From NCBI RefSeq assembly GCF_038025025.1, contig NW_027117342.1:1922001-1986000 (forward strand): a stretch of DNA of 64,000 bases, in the 5' to 3' direction. The stretch comes from Phyllosticta citribraziliensis (Eukaryota). Shown in pieces: positions 12,644-24,311 of the stretch (positions within the stretch are counted from its first letter, which is position 1; every line of letters begins with the position of its first letter). The notes beneath the pieces were generated by a model. It saw only the letters and a program-made list of their open reading frames with translations, searched no databases and was not told the DNA's origin. The position numbers and the translations under genes were made by a program.

Positions 12644-14068
12644 TCAGCTCGAGGTCAGGTCAGGCGAGGCACCAAACGCGCCATCCCAGAGGCGCCAAAG
12701 CGCAAAGTAGACGTACAGGCCGCCCAACACGAAGGGGTAGAGCCGCGGGCTCAGCGATCGTTTGGCCATCCATCCCAAGTACGTGTGGATCGAGGACCGC
12801 GGCGCCCCGGGGGTAAAAAGCATGGCTGCCATCATGCCGTTCGAGGCGGCTTGCGCTGCGTGCGAGCGGTTGAACATGTCCGCCTCGAAGGCAGCAATCT
12901 TGCGGGAAAGGGTCTCGCACAGCAGCATGTTGGTGGTTGCGGCGCCTTGACCCTCATCAGCAGCGAGGGCACTGAGAATGGCCTGCGACAACTCCAGTGC
13001 GTCCCGGAGACCAATGTTGACGCCTTGCCCTGCATAAGGCACCATGAGGTGTGCGGCGTCGCCTATGGCTGTAATGCCTGGCTTGCTGCTCCAGGAGAAG
13101 CCTTCAGGAAGGCTGTAGAGTGGCAAGAAGCTGGCCGACTCGTCCCCTTGCTCGATGAACGCTCGCAGCTCTGGATGCCAGTCACGATAGTCTGAGAGGA
13201 GGGCCTCCTTGTACCATGCCCCCACGTGGTGCCGATCCTGAGTGTGTTGATTGCCGTTGAGTTGCTGCTGCTTGGTCTCTTGCTCCTTGATCCAGTCTTC
13301 GCCTCTGATCCCCAGCGCCGAGACCCAGATGCTTCCGTCGCTCATTTGCTGGCCAGTGATTCCTCTTCCGTCCGAGAATGAAAAGACGGAGCCCCGATTG
13401 ACTAGCTTGTAAGCGGCTGGAGCAGTTTTTTCGGCGTCTGAAATGGAGAATCGAAAACCTGCAAGGCCAACATACTGCGGCTTGCTGACCTCGGTGCCAT
13501 TATTCTCTTTTGACGAGAATGGTGCCAGTGCTTCTCGGACGCGACTCCAGGCTCCGTCAGCGCCGACGACGAGATGATATCCGGACAGGACCCGATCACG
13601 GTCAAAATGGAGTCTGTGCGCGGGGAAGCAGTCGTGCGTCCCGGTCCCGGTCTCTTGCTCGACCCTGAGCAGTCGCCATCCCCAACGAATGACGTCGGCG
13701 GGGAGAGACTCTGTCAGGATGCGGCGAAGATGAAAGCGATCGATCTCTGGAGCTCCGCGAGAATCGCCCTCGTTTGTGCTTGGAGGGCGGCTGACGAATG
13801 TCTTGAGATGCTTGTCGGTGATGCGAATGGCCTCGCCATCATATCTGGCAAACTTGACAAATTGATCAAAGAGACGACCGGCCTTGAGGGCTGCGATTCC
13901 CTCGTTTGGGTGGAGATCAAGGGTCCCGCCCTGTGCGCGGTAGTCGGGAGAGGTCTCGGCTTCGAAGACAGTGACGCGGATTTGAGATTGCTCTTGCAAA
14001 AGAAGCAGCCTGGCCAGCATGCAGCCAACAGGACCACAGCCGACAATGGCGATCTCCAGCGGTGACAT
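12644..14068 (-). CDS. FAD-dependent monooxygenase, TetX-like (group A flavoprotein)
   Basis: GxGxxG (IVGCGPVG), QGGTLDLH, PEIDR, VVGADGAWSRVR and IGDAAHLMVPYAGQGVNIGLRDALEL motifs in a 474-aa intronless ORF. Confidence 0.92.
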   Translation of the reverse strand: MSPLEIAIVGCGPVGCMLARLLLLQEQSQIRVTVFEAETSPDYRAQGGTLDLHPNEGIAALKAGRLFDQFVKFARYDGEAIRITDKHLKTFVSRPPSTNEGDSRGAPEIDRFHLRRILTESLPADVIRWGWRLLRVEQETGTGTHDCFPAHRLHFDRDRVLSGYHLVVGADGAWSRVREALAPFSSKENNGTEVSKPQYVGLAGFRFSISDAEKTAPAAYKLVNRGSVFSFSDGRGITGQQMSDGSIWVSALGIRGEDWIKEQETKQQQLNGNQHTQDRHHVGAWYKEALLSDYRDWHPELRAFIEQGDESASFLPLYSLPEGFSWSSKPGITAIGDAAHLMVPYAGQGVNIGLRDALELSQAILSALAADEGQGAATTNMLLCETLSRKIAAFEADMFNRSHAAQAASNGMMAAMLFTPGAPRSSIHTYLGWMAKRSLSPRLYPFVLGGLYVYFALWRLWDGAFGASPDLTSS

Positions 14069-14504
14069 TTTCCAGTTGGTGATTGCAGGACAGAGGTTGT
14101 GCAGGAGAGAGCGCAGAGGGCCAGACCTGGGCCGGCCAGTCGTGCCCTCGCCCCCAGGGCAGGCAGCGAGTGTTTAGTGGGCCAGACATGATGCAGGGCA
14201 AAAGAAGGGTCCAGGTGGATGACGACCGAAAGCAGACAGCAGCAGCACGATGTGAGAATGGGAATGGGAGGAGACATGGAGTAGTGCCAAAGCACCGATC
14301 GCCGGGGTCAGGGCTCCACGATCTCCGCCGCCCGTTCTGCGGGCCGCACGCTCCAAGCCGCGGCCACCATCATCATCTCCAGCCCAGGTCTCCAGCTCCA
14401 GCTCAGTCCACTTCTGACGCACGCCCTGCTCCCCGTCAACTCCATTTACATTCCACCGCGCCCTCATCTTGCGAAGCATGTTCCGCACTTCATCCTGACC
14501 CGCC

Positions 14505-16459
14505 ATGTACGCCTTCACTGCAAGCCGTTCCCAGATCGCTACCTACCTCTTTGGCATCGCCCTCTTCAGCATTTCCTTCCTCGTCTTCCTCAACAGCACC
14601 GTCTCCTTCGTCATCACCGAGCGCATCGGTCAAGAGGACAATGTCGGCGATGCTGTCGGCACGCTGGGTTTCGTCGACGAGCTCGTCGCTCTCGTCGCAT
14701 GCCCGCTCTGGGGCATTGCCAGCGACCGAATCGGCGTAGCCAAGGTCGCCGTCATGGGTTATGCTATCGTGGCACTGAGCCTCTTCGTCTTCGTGCAGGC
14801 GACCAATGTCTATCCGCAGCTGCTTCTCGGTCGCCTGCTCTTCAGCCTGGGTGCCGCTGCAACGTACGTCTTCCCGCTTGCTTTCATCGCACTCCGCTAA
14901 CAGCTTTGCGCCACAGCACCACAATGGTCACAGCTGTGCTACCCACCATGACGTATTCTCCACCTCCATCGATTATCGAGTCTGAAGCACCGAGAAGAGA
15001 AACTTCTGCGGCTTCGCACACCATGTCCCCTTCAATCTCATCCGACATTACCATTACTCCCGACCGACTGACGACTCCATCTGGCGCTCGTCAGTACTCC
15101 TCCCACCATGTCCGCCCGGTTACGTCAGACGCTTCTGCCAAATCCACGTCAAATTTGGCCGGCCTTGTTGGCATGTTTACCGGTTTGGGCGCATTGCTCG
15201 CGCTCGGCATCTTCCTGCCGCTCCCTGCACGCTTCCAGCAGAGTGGCGTGGCTCCTAGCGAGGCCATTGCCGATTCGTATTACATTGTTGGAAGCATTGC
15301 GATTGTCGTTGCCCTTGCATGTTCCTTCGGGCTGCAGAGGCTACCGGGTGAAGAGAACAAGGGATGGAAGAACCTCTTCTCCATCTCCGGGGAAAAGTTT
15401 GGAGATGGTTCCGATGACAGCAGGCCTCGTCTGTCTTACATCCATCTTCTCTTCGAGGCACTTGCCCTGGGGTTCCGGGACGTGAACGTCGGTCTAGGCT
15501 ACCTTGGAGGGTTTGTCGCACGCGCTTCATCGGTGGCCGTGTCACTGTTCATCCCCCTGTTTGCGAACGCCTACTTCATCTCGCATGGTTACTGCGAACC
15601 TGGGGACAACAAGAGCACCGAAGAGATCAAACAGGCTTGCCGTCGCGCCTATGTCCTGGCTGCCATGATCACGGGTACCTCACAACTCGTCGCTCTGATA
15701 TCCGCCCCCATCTTCGGATACTTGTGTGGACAGTACAAAAAGTACAACCAACCCATCATCCTTGCCTCTGTAGCAGGCATCGCCGGATACATTGCCTTCG
15801 GTCTTCAGAAGAGCCCGGACCCCAAGTCGGCAGACGGCAGCTATGGCGTCTTCTTCATAGCAGCGCTTCTTGGCATCAGCCAAATCGGCGCAATCGTGTG
15901 CAGCCTTGGATTGCTTGGACGCGGTATTCAAGGAGACGAGGCAGACATCGATGCCGCCGAGGAAGATCAGCGACTGCAGGGCCATGCGACACACCCCGGA
16001 ATGCATCACAGCACAAGACCCCACGCCATTCCACGTCACGTCCTCGATCCAGAGGCAACGCCTGTCATGTCGCCTCAGGTACAGCCTCACAGTGGCAATC
16101 ACTCCCTTTCTCACAGGAGCTCCCGCTCTGACATGAGTGATGGGAATGGGAGCCCCTACCAATCGAATGCCAACGCAGAATCTGACCCTCTTTTGCCCTC
16201 CCACTTCCGACGGCTCCCTGCGTCATCCCTGCCTTCATCGCGAGCCCATCTCAAGGGCAGCATCGCTGGGGTTTACAGCTTAGCTGGTGGCGCAGGCATC
16301 CTCCTCCTCACGAAGCTGGGTGGTGTCATGTTTGACGAGCTTGACAAGGGCGCTGCGTTCTTTTTGATGGCTGGCTTTAACGCTGTACTGTTGATTGGTG
16401 CCGTATCAGTCTCGGTCAGGAGAGCGTACAGAGACTACAAGACCAGAGTAACGCTCTGA
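14505..16459 (+). CDS. MFS transporter; intron 14864-14916
   Basis: MFS motif A (WGIASDRIG), many TM helices and C-terminal GSIAGVYSLAGGAGILLLTKLGG. The GTACGT...CTAAC...CAG intron joins the two ORFs in frame. Confidence 0.9.
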
Positions 16460-17703
16460 GAAGACCATGATTGACGGACCACCGATTCTTCCCGCACGAA
16501 TAACGGAGTACCGGTAACCCCCAAAGTGTTCAAAAAGATCTTTTCTCCGGCCCACCTCGTGCTACGAGTGTAATCAGCGCTGGCGATCCAGCTCGACGAC
16601 GGCTGTCTTTGATGGCTATTGCATGATCCCCCAAAAACAGGCTTGTGTATGTTGCCAAAGCGTGGCGCTTCATTCGAATGATACCATTTGGGGATATCTT
16701 TTGGCGTCCTTTCTCCGACTCCTCTCCTTTTTTGAGTATTTCGCTCCGTCCGTCGCCTTATCCCGTTTTTGCCTTCTGCAGTGCCAGTGTGTTTTTCTGT
16801 GTTGTATTAATTATTGTCGTTGTAGCGGCTGAAGTTTACCTGTATTAGTAGTCATTTTCAAATCTGGTACAAGCTCTATCTGCTAATGCTCTGGAGATGA
16901 TTCCTTGTATGAGGCTCTTGAGCAAAGTTGAACTCGAGAAATGACAACGCCAGAAAAGGTATTTCTACACAGATGACCCAGCCGAGTATATTGCTCTCCA
17001 TCCATGAGCAGGGGACTTCCGAAACCCGCGGGTAAGCAGCCCGCGCCTCGAGTCAAAGAGTGTCGCTACTGACGGCTTACGAGGCTATAGGAGCGGTTGC
17101 GATGCCCTTGCAAAATTGCTGGACCATCCACCTAGATATGCGCTTGGCATGCGCGTCTTCTTTGCGGACGCACTTTCTGAGAAGATCTCTTGTGGAGACG
17201 AAAGAACATTTACGATCTGGGTGCAAGTTCCCAGCTGCTGCTACCACTCGATCTACCATGCTTGTTTTGAGAAGACGCCCGGTATTCCACCAGATTCTGT
17301 TTCCAGAGACCTTCCAAAAAGCCCAGAGCGGCGCTTGACTGGGACCACTTTGTTGTCTGGCTTGTACTTGAATCGACATTTTCTACGGCTTTTCCAGACC
17401 TCAAGCTGGCTTGTTTCAGCAATGGCTTGTCGACCTTCCAGCTGGCTCGGCACTCACCTAAAGATACAAGTACCTCCGAGCCTCTCCTTTGCTCTGGAAA
17501 TGGAAACAACTGCCTGTATCTGCCAATTTCTATCCTCATCTTCAGGCGTTGATATCCGCTCCCTGTTGATTGCTGTCTCAAAGCGCCTTTTTCTTTCGTA
17601 CCAACGCTCGCATCAGGGGGCCAGTTGCTGATTGCCCATCAAACTCCGGCCCCCATCTTCCCTGAGCTCATGCGCCTTTTCCATTCCAAAGTACCCAACC
17701 AGC

Positions 17704-19874
17704 ATGCAGTATTCTTCTTACCCTTCACTCGGCCAATCTCACCATTCCACACCAAATGCGCGGATAACAGGCTTCGCTATCCAGGAGCTAAGAAGATGCG
17801 AAGCCTCTTGGGAACATGCCAACCTATTGTTTTACTCCGACGATCAGAAATGGGGCCTGCTTGTCGATGGGTCGCGCCCCGGATCCTGCGATGCGTCCTG
17901 CCACGGGCCTTGCCTGTACGTGGAGACGCCTGGGCATGCTGACCTTTTCTTCCACTCCGGCGAGACGTACAAGTACAAGGTTGTCATTCTGCGCTGTCTT
18001 GCATGCGAAGCAACAAACTCGGTCTGCGATGGGCAGATTCCCTGCAACGTCTGCTTCCGCAACGGAGTCGAATGCTTCCCATACTCTGAGTTGGCCGATG
18101 ACAATTTGGTGTGGTCCCGCTGGACAGCCATTCCAAATGAAAGCATCGATACGTCGAATTTCGGCCAAATCGCTGAAGAGAACGGCTATGAAGACGTCCA
18201 ACCCAATAGCTCCGAGTTCCAATTTGCGGCGGAGGCGTTTTCCGCGGGTTCTTATCCATCTTCCGCGTCCATGGAGGACCATTCGTCTTATTCGGATCAG
18301 CAACAGCCCAACATGTGCGATATCATCGACCCTTACTTCCAGCCTACTCCTATCACGCCGTCTCCAGCTGCCTGCTTGAATAGCGGGTCGTACTGCTCGC
18401 CCAGCTTTCCCCAAGCAGGAAATGTAGGCTCAGACATTACGAACATTCAGTCAAATGACGCGAGAGACGTCCAGGTGGGAGCGCATCCAAGTTCTACTTC
18501 GAATTGCACAAATACTGACCAGCATAGATAACTCCTCCTGCTACGCGGAAAAGGAAATGGGCTACACAATCAGATGAAGACAAAGAATCTCAACGAAACA
18601 AACGAGCCAGGACCGATTCACCCGTTACGCCCCAGTCCAGGTGTTTGACAAAACCTCGTACGCCAGCGCCTCGCGATAGGACAAGACCGGATCACCAGAT
18701 GACGGGAGAGTCTTCGAGTCAAGCCCAGAATCCGGCTTACTTGCCCACGCCACGGCTTGACCTAATCGCAGACTCTCCTAGTATGTTGGTGGATAATGAC
18801 CCGGAGAGTTATTTCGAAAACTATTTTCAGCAAACCACAATTTCGCCGCTTGAGAACGAGTCAATCACGAGCGATGTTGTGGCACAATCCGAACAAGTCA
18901 ATCCGTCTCCACCTACAGAGAGCAGCTTCTCTTCGAGGACCCTCAGCCCCGTCCAAGAACAACCCGCAATCAATCGCAAATCTCCGAAAAAGCCGTCCAG
19001 GAGACGCAGCAAGCCACCATCTGCCGCCACCGCAACCAACTCTACAACTACAAACCCAGCAAGTCTCGCTGCCCCTGGCCCAGGCACACGCACAGGCGGA
19101 GGCCGCTACGACGGCGCAACGTACGACGCGCCACCGCCGTCAACGTCGCTCCCGCTGCGCAACTGCAACCTCACCGCGGCCGAGATGCTGACCTATCTGC
19201 CCAAGCACGTGTGGTCGCACGCGGACATTTGCATGCGGCTCGTCGACGAGGGCTGGGGCGACGCGACCATGGCCGACTTCATCACGGTGGCGCGAGGGAA
19301 GCAAGCGCTCAAAAACAGCATCGGCAAGGCCATCACGGGCATCGGCAAGACCAAGTACCCGTATTTTCGCAGCGTGCCCGCAGAGGTGTTGGCGAGGCTG
19401 CCGCACGATTATGGCACTGTTCCAATCCCTGGATTGGACTACAGTGCTGCTGCTGCCGGAGGAAATGCGCTACCAAACTCCAAAGCGACGAGCCAGTGGT
19501 GCGTCAAGCTGCACCGCAAAGTCAACCACTTGCCGCAAGTCTCGCTCGCGACCGACGGCTTCGGTCCAGGCCGGACCAGCCTGCCCATGTGGCGGCTGGC
19601 TGAGGGCGTGAGGAACGACAAGCACCCCACGGGGCCCGACGCCCTCGACCTGACGCGCTGCGTGGACTTCGCCGTGCGGATGCGCGACGTCCACGAGTGG
19701 ATGTTCCCTGACGACTGGGAACAGGTTCTCATGTTGATTGGGGGGCCAGCGCTGGTGACGAGAGATCATTTTGATAGACCGGCGTTAGAGAGGTGGAAGG
19801 CCGTCAGGGAGGGCTTGTCGGATGAGGAGCTTTTCAGACAGAAGGGGGATAATGGGAGGGGGAAGGAGGAGTAA
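17704..19874 (+). CDS. Zn(II)2Cys6 transcription-factor-like protein with an uncharacterised C-terminal domain; intron 18475-18527
   Basis: CLACEATNSVCDGQIPCNVCFRNGVEC has C-x2-C-x6-C-x5-C-x2-C-x6-C spacing. A phase-0 intron GTGGGA...CTGAC...TAG links it in frame to RKRKW...KRAR (NLS-like) and ORF 18645-19874. The donor site is weak. Confidence 0.7.
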
Positions 19875-20635
19875 GTGGTCAGTATTCGAATGTTTTGTTG
19901 TATGTTCGTCGTGTCAAGGGGCGAAGGATGGAAGTTGAGTACCGTCACTTCACATATTCAATTCATTTCGGGGCCATATGAAAGGGGAAGGGGGTCATCA
20001 GAAGTAAGTAGTCTCTTCGAATCAAGGCGAAGTCTCCAACTCTGTGCCGTTGACTCGTTTGCAGGACCTTTGGACATCGTGTAAACCATCCCCTGGATTG
20101 GAAGACCCAACAAGCCTCTTGTTCGTAGACAAAGCGCAAATGATGTCTTCAGTTGGGTTTCACAAACCATCAGTCTTTGCTGGCAAGTCTCCCGGTCTAC
20201 TATAAAGCTCTCCCTCCTCCACGCCACCGGCTGAAGACCCCCTGAATATTCTTTCATCAAGGCTCTAAATCTCTCAGTTTCTGGGGACATGGCTGAATAT
20301 CAAGATTCTCAGTGTGTATATGCTGGATCCAATCATGCGGTTCACGGGTTTCGAACTCACGCTTTAACACTGCCCACAACATGCCAGTGTCAATTTCAAT
20401 ATGTAAAATGAGGAGCTGCCTCACGCACTTGCGGGCGTTCTTGGTGGGAAGCCCGGAAAAACAATGGATGCACGGTTCACACTTCGCTTTGGGAATATCT
20501 GAGGTTCTTGGTGGTTCTTCTTGACATCACCACCTTACAACCTACCTTTCTGAATCGTCTTCCAACCTGCACTCACCCTCACTGCCTTTCAACCCATCTC
20601 TGAGAACCTTCTTCTACACAGCACTCATCTTCACC

Positions 20636-22090
20636 ATGTCTTCCTCCCAGTCTCCCTACACCCAGTCGGAAGAAGCCTCCATGGAGCAGCAGATCACGGC
20701 GGAAAATAGCAACAATGAGACGCCCAGGGAGGCTCCCTCTACTTCGACCCAGCTGTATACGACGACGGCTCTATATGCCCCAACAAACTTTCTATATGCT
20801 CCAGCGACGGCGCTCTACGCTCCAGCTACCGCTCTCTACGCCCCTGTGACGGCTCTCTACGCTCCAGCGACTGTTCCCGGCGCTCCAAGCTCGAATGCTC
20901 CCGACGCGTCTGAAGACTTCGACTTCAGCCGTCTCAGTGAGATGCTTAGGGCTGAGATTGGGTACTCTCCCACCACCGCGAGTCCCACCGCCGTTGAGGA
21001 CGCCGCTACTGAGCAAGCTGGAGCTCAGGAAACCACAATTCTGCCCTCTGAAGTGCCGCCTCCGTCAACCGAGCCTGTTGTCATCTATCCTCAGCCAGCC
21101 TTCTCCCTGCACCAGCCCGAGCTCGGGACCACGAACACAGGCATCCAGAAGCCCTTTAGCTGTGACTTCTGCGGCAGGCGTTTCACGAGAAACACCACCA
21201 GGCGGCATCATGAGCGTGTCGCTCACGCGGACCTCCCGGATTCCCAGAACCAACCAGAGCCTGAGAACACCTCCAACCCGGCTGCAATTTCAACTCAACC
21301 AACCCTCTCCCAGCACCAGCCCGAGCTCGAGACCAACCCGACCGCCAACCCGACCGCGACACTGGACACTGAGAAGCCCTTTGGCTGCGACTTCTGTGGC
21401 AGTCGGTTCACGAGGAACACCAGCAAGCGGCGCCATGAGCGTTGTTCTCACGCGGATCTCCTGAATCTCCGGAATCGACCTCGGCCTGGGAACCCGTCCG
21501 CCGCCAATCCAGCCGCCGAAAAGCCCTACAGCTGCGATCACTGTAGTGTGCGATTCCGGGAACGACGTTCAAAGCAGCACCACGAGCGTGTTGCCCACCC
21601 AGAGGTTGAGTCTGGCGCCCAACAACCTGCCAAGGAGGAGCGCTTCAGCTGCGACTACTGCAGCAAAGATTTCAAAGCTCTTTACAACAAGAAACGACAT
21701 GAGCGAGAAAACCACCTCGCCGTGCGCTCTTTTGTGTGCTCTGTCTGCCGCAAGATCTATAACCGCTCCGATGCCTTGAAGACGCATATGAGCATGGCTC
21801 ATGGGATATCGCTTCCAAAAGGCCCGTTGCCTCGGCCATCAACTTCGACGATGAGCCCCTATCAGCCACTGCCACTGCCACTGCCGCTGCCGCAGGTGGA
21901 GCAGGACCAGCAGACTCAGCAGCAAGAGGAGCAAGACCAGCAAGAGGACCAGGAAGACGCGTCTCTGGAGCAGCGTGGCGAGGAGGATCTGGAGAATCCC
22001 CGCAAGAGGAGCCGCGACGGACAAGAGGGCTCCGGCGACGAGCTGTCGAAACGGCTCCGTCTCCAGTCACGCCGTTCGAGTTCGCCGTAG
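20636..22090 (+). CDS. C2H2 zinc-finger protein ZF-A (5 fingers)
   Basis: Five C-x2-C-x12-H-x4-H fingers (CDFC, CDFC, CDHC, CDYC, CSVC) and a C-terminal bipartite NLS (RKRSR...SKRLRL); intronless, 484 aa. Confidence 0.92.
   Translation: MSSSQSPYTQSEEASMEQQITAENSNNETPREAPSTSTQLYTTTALYAPTNFLYAPATALYAPATALYAPVTALYAPATVPGAPSSNAPDASEDFDFSRLSEMLRAEIGYSPTTASPTAVEDAATEQAGAQETTILPSEVPPPSTEPVVIYPQPAFSLHQPELGTTNTGIQKPFSCDFCGRRFTRNTTRRHHERVAHADLPDSQNQPEPENTSNPAAISTQPTLSQHQPELETNPTANPTATLDTEKPFGCDFCGSRFTRNTSKRRHERCSHADLLNLRNRPRPGNPSAANPAAEKPYSCDHCSVRFRERRSKQHHERVAHPEVESGAQQPAKEERFSCDYCSKDFKALYNKKRHERENHLAVRSFVCSVCRKIYNRSDALKTHMSMAHGISLPKGPLPRPSTSTMSPYQPLPLPLPLPQVEQDQQTQQQEEQDQQEDQEDASLEQRGEEDLENPRKRSRDGQEGSGDELSKRLRLQSRRSSSP
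20765..20872 (+). repeat. 21-bp coding minisatellite, (TALYAP[A/T/V]) x ~5
   Basis: Repeated acggctctctacgctccagcg-like units inside ZF-A. Confidence 0.85.
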
Positions 22091-22844
22091 CTGAATGGAC
22101 TGGTGTTCCCTGGATTGGATGGAAGGCGGGAGGTGTTTCAATTGCTTTGCTTCTTTCCACTCAATGACACCCCCCTAGTTTCGTGGTTGCTCTGGACGAA
22201 GGTGGAGGAATGAACTTCTTACGTGGAGCTTGTTGGTCCTAGATATACCACTTATGAAACCAATTTCTCTTCATCTTGCGCATGCCGTTGAAATTGCGCT
22301 GTCTAACAGTGGTTTCTACTGTCGTTGACGTCCCAGGGGCCACTTGCAGGCTCACTTCTTAATTGACAGCTTACCCGTTGTCTAGGCAAATCTCCAACCA
22401 AATCTTCTTGAATTGAAATTGGCAAAGACTCTATCTTCGCTCTTGTTCAGGGGAGGGCGGACAGCTCAGACTTGGTGGGAGAAGTTGTGGTACACACGGT
22501 TGCGAGGTTTCGCGACCTCGGGGTTTGAATGCTCCCAGAAACTTGCTTCTGAGTATGTTGAATGTTTCCTGGGTCGAGCGATGAAAAGTATGCGGTCAAC
22601 GGGTTTCGAACCCATACACCAAAACAACACCGTTCAGCCGAACAGTGTTAATCCGTAAGTCAAAATCACTCTTTCCAGCTCCGTTCGCTTAACCCCAATT
22701 CACTTCGGACCTGGACTAACTGCATGCTCATGGTCCGTCTGTTTACCTTTCGCGCCACGCCATTGTCGCCCTTAACGCCAACCTCACCACGCAAGACATC
22801 GAAACGCTGCAATCGCGCGAATATCTCACACAAATCAACACGTT

Positions 22845-24311
22845 ATGGCTCCAAAGCGATGCTTGGATGATCAGGAGCTTTCTTGCGCTGAGCCCAAGCG
22901 CTCCAAGCTCACAGAGGACTTCACGACCTCGCATGATCCGCCATCTTCGTCGCCTCCTGTTAGTTGCTCAGATATCCTAATTGAACCTCAGAATATTGAC
23001 ATTGTTCAGGAATCCGTCGACGTCAACAACCCGTCAGAGAATCGCTCTGAATCGCTTGATGGCGATACCATCACCACCACTCTTTCCACAAGCGGCGGCG
23101 AAATCAACCATGAGTTTCTCGACTGGCTCAATGGCCCCGAAAGTCAAGCGATGATCGACAACTTCATGATCCAGGAGGGTCTCAGCGCAACGCCCTTCCA
23201 GTTACCTGACTTTGAGCCCACCGATGTTAACGCTCCTTTGGAGCATTCGACGGAGGAGCATGCTGTTCACGTTCACGACAGCTTCACTCCCACAAGCGGC
23301 ACAATCGACCAAGATTCTTCTGAGGAGACCAACAACGCCGACCATGAAGCATTCCTTCGCGTGCTCCAAAGTGTGGAGAGTCCCCATGTGGATTTCACTT
23401 TGATTGAGGCCGACATGTTTAAGTACGTGACGGAAGGGGGCGATTTCAACAACAGCCTGACGGCGGCGGGTGAGCTCATGGAAGCGGTGGCACCAATTGC
23501 AGACACATCCCCTCTGCCAATCAACGACATTGACACTGAAGTTGCCAGCGGATTCACTTTCAACTCTGAGCCTGTTGAAGAGCAGGGCCCCTCGATCGAC
23601 GATGTGATGGGAATCATAGTTCAATCTATGGAGCCACTTCGATATGTCGAGCCGTCAACAGTCGCAGAGGCGCGCAACTTCTCCATGGCTCCTCAAAGCC
23701 CTCAAGGTCTTTTTGAGCCTGACTATGAGGCCATGGCCGCCTTCGAGGCCGATATGCAGCTCGGCGACGAACAGACTCAGCCAGCCGACGGACTTGACGT
23801 CCTACTCGATGGCCAACACGATGGCCCGCCTCAGCCTCTCCAGACTTCCGCGCTCCAGAACTACGATTCCCGCGACATGGCTCCTCCGATCCGCAAATGG
23901 CGCACTCAAACTCCCGCGACGATCGAAAAACGAACCGATTCTTTGTACATGCCTGAGCACGAAGATGCCGACGAAGCCCCCAAGAAAGTCGTCGTCGTCG
24001 AAGAAGATGAGAAGCCGTTCCGCTGCGAGACCTGCAACAAGCGCTTCAAGCTCAAGAGGTCGCTGCAGCGTCATGACAGGGTGGAGCACACAGATCGCAC
24101 GCTGGAATGCCCCCACTGCGACAAGACCTTCAAGCGCAACGATGCGCGCATTGCTCACGCACGCAAGCTGCATGGTGTCGAGTTGCCTCACCATCCGATC
24201 CATCGTGGTGGCAAGAACGCTCAGATGAGCGGTTCTACGACACCTCCAGGAATGCCCGATGAGCATAACGGCGGCGACCATGGTCAGCAGGGCGGAGAGG
24301 CTCAGAAATAA
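22845..24311 (+). CDS. C2H2 zinc-finger protein ZF-B (2 fingers)
   Basis: MAPKR...EPKRSKL NLS, long acidic region, fingers CETC..HDRVEH and CPHC..HARKLH, then GVELPH. Confidence 0.92.
   Translation: MAPKRCLDDQELSCAEPKRSKLTEDFTTSHDPPSSSPPVSCSDILIEPQNIDIVQESVDVNNPSENRSESLDGDTITTTLSTSGGEINHEFLDWLNGPESQAMIDNFMIQEGLSATPFQLPDFEPTDVNAPLEHSTEEHAVHVHDSFTPTSGTIDQDSSEETNNADHEAFLRVLQSVESPHVDFTLIEADMFKYVTEGGDFNNSLTAAGELMEAVAPIADTSPLPINDIDTEVASGFTFNSEPVEEQGPSIDDVMGIIVQSMEPLRYVEPSTVAEARNFSMAPQSPQGLFEPDYEAMAAFEADMQLGDEQTQPADGLDVLLDGQHDGPPQPLQTSALQNYDSRDMAPPIRKWRTQTPATIEKRTDSLYMPEHEDADEAPKKVVVVEEDEKPFRCETCNKRFKLKRSLQRHDRVEHTDRTLECPHCDKTFKRNDARIAHARKLHGVELPHHPIHRGGKNAQMSGSTTPPGMPDEHNGGDHGQQGGEAQK

Noticed and set aside
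22590..22725. Possible intact tRNA gene on the minus strand
   Set aside because: T-arm and partial acceptor pairing are present, but there is no credible D-arm or anticodon arm; kept only as a relic/B-box finding.
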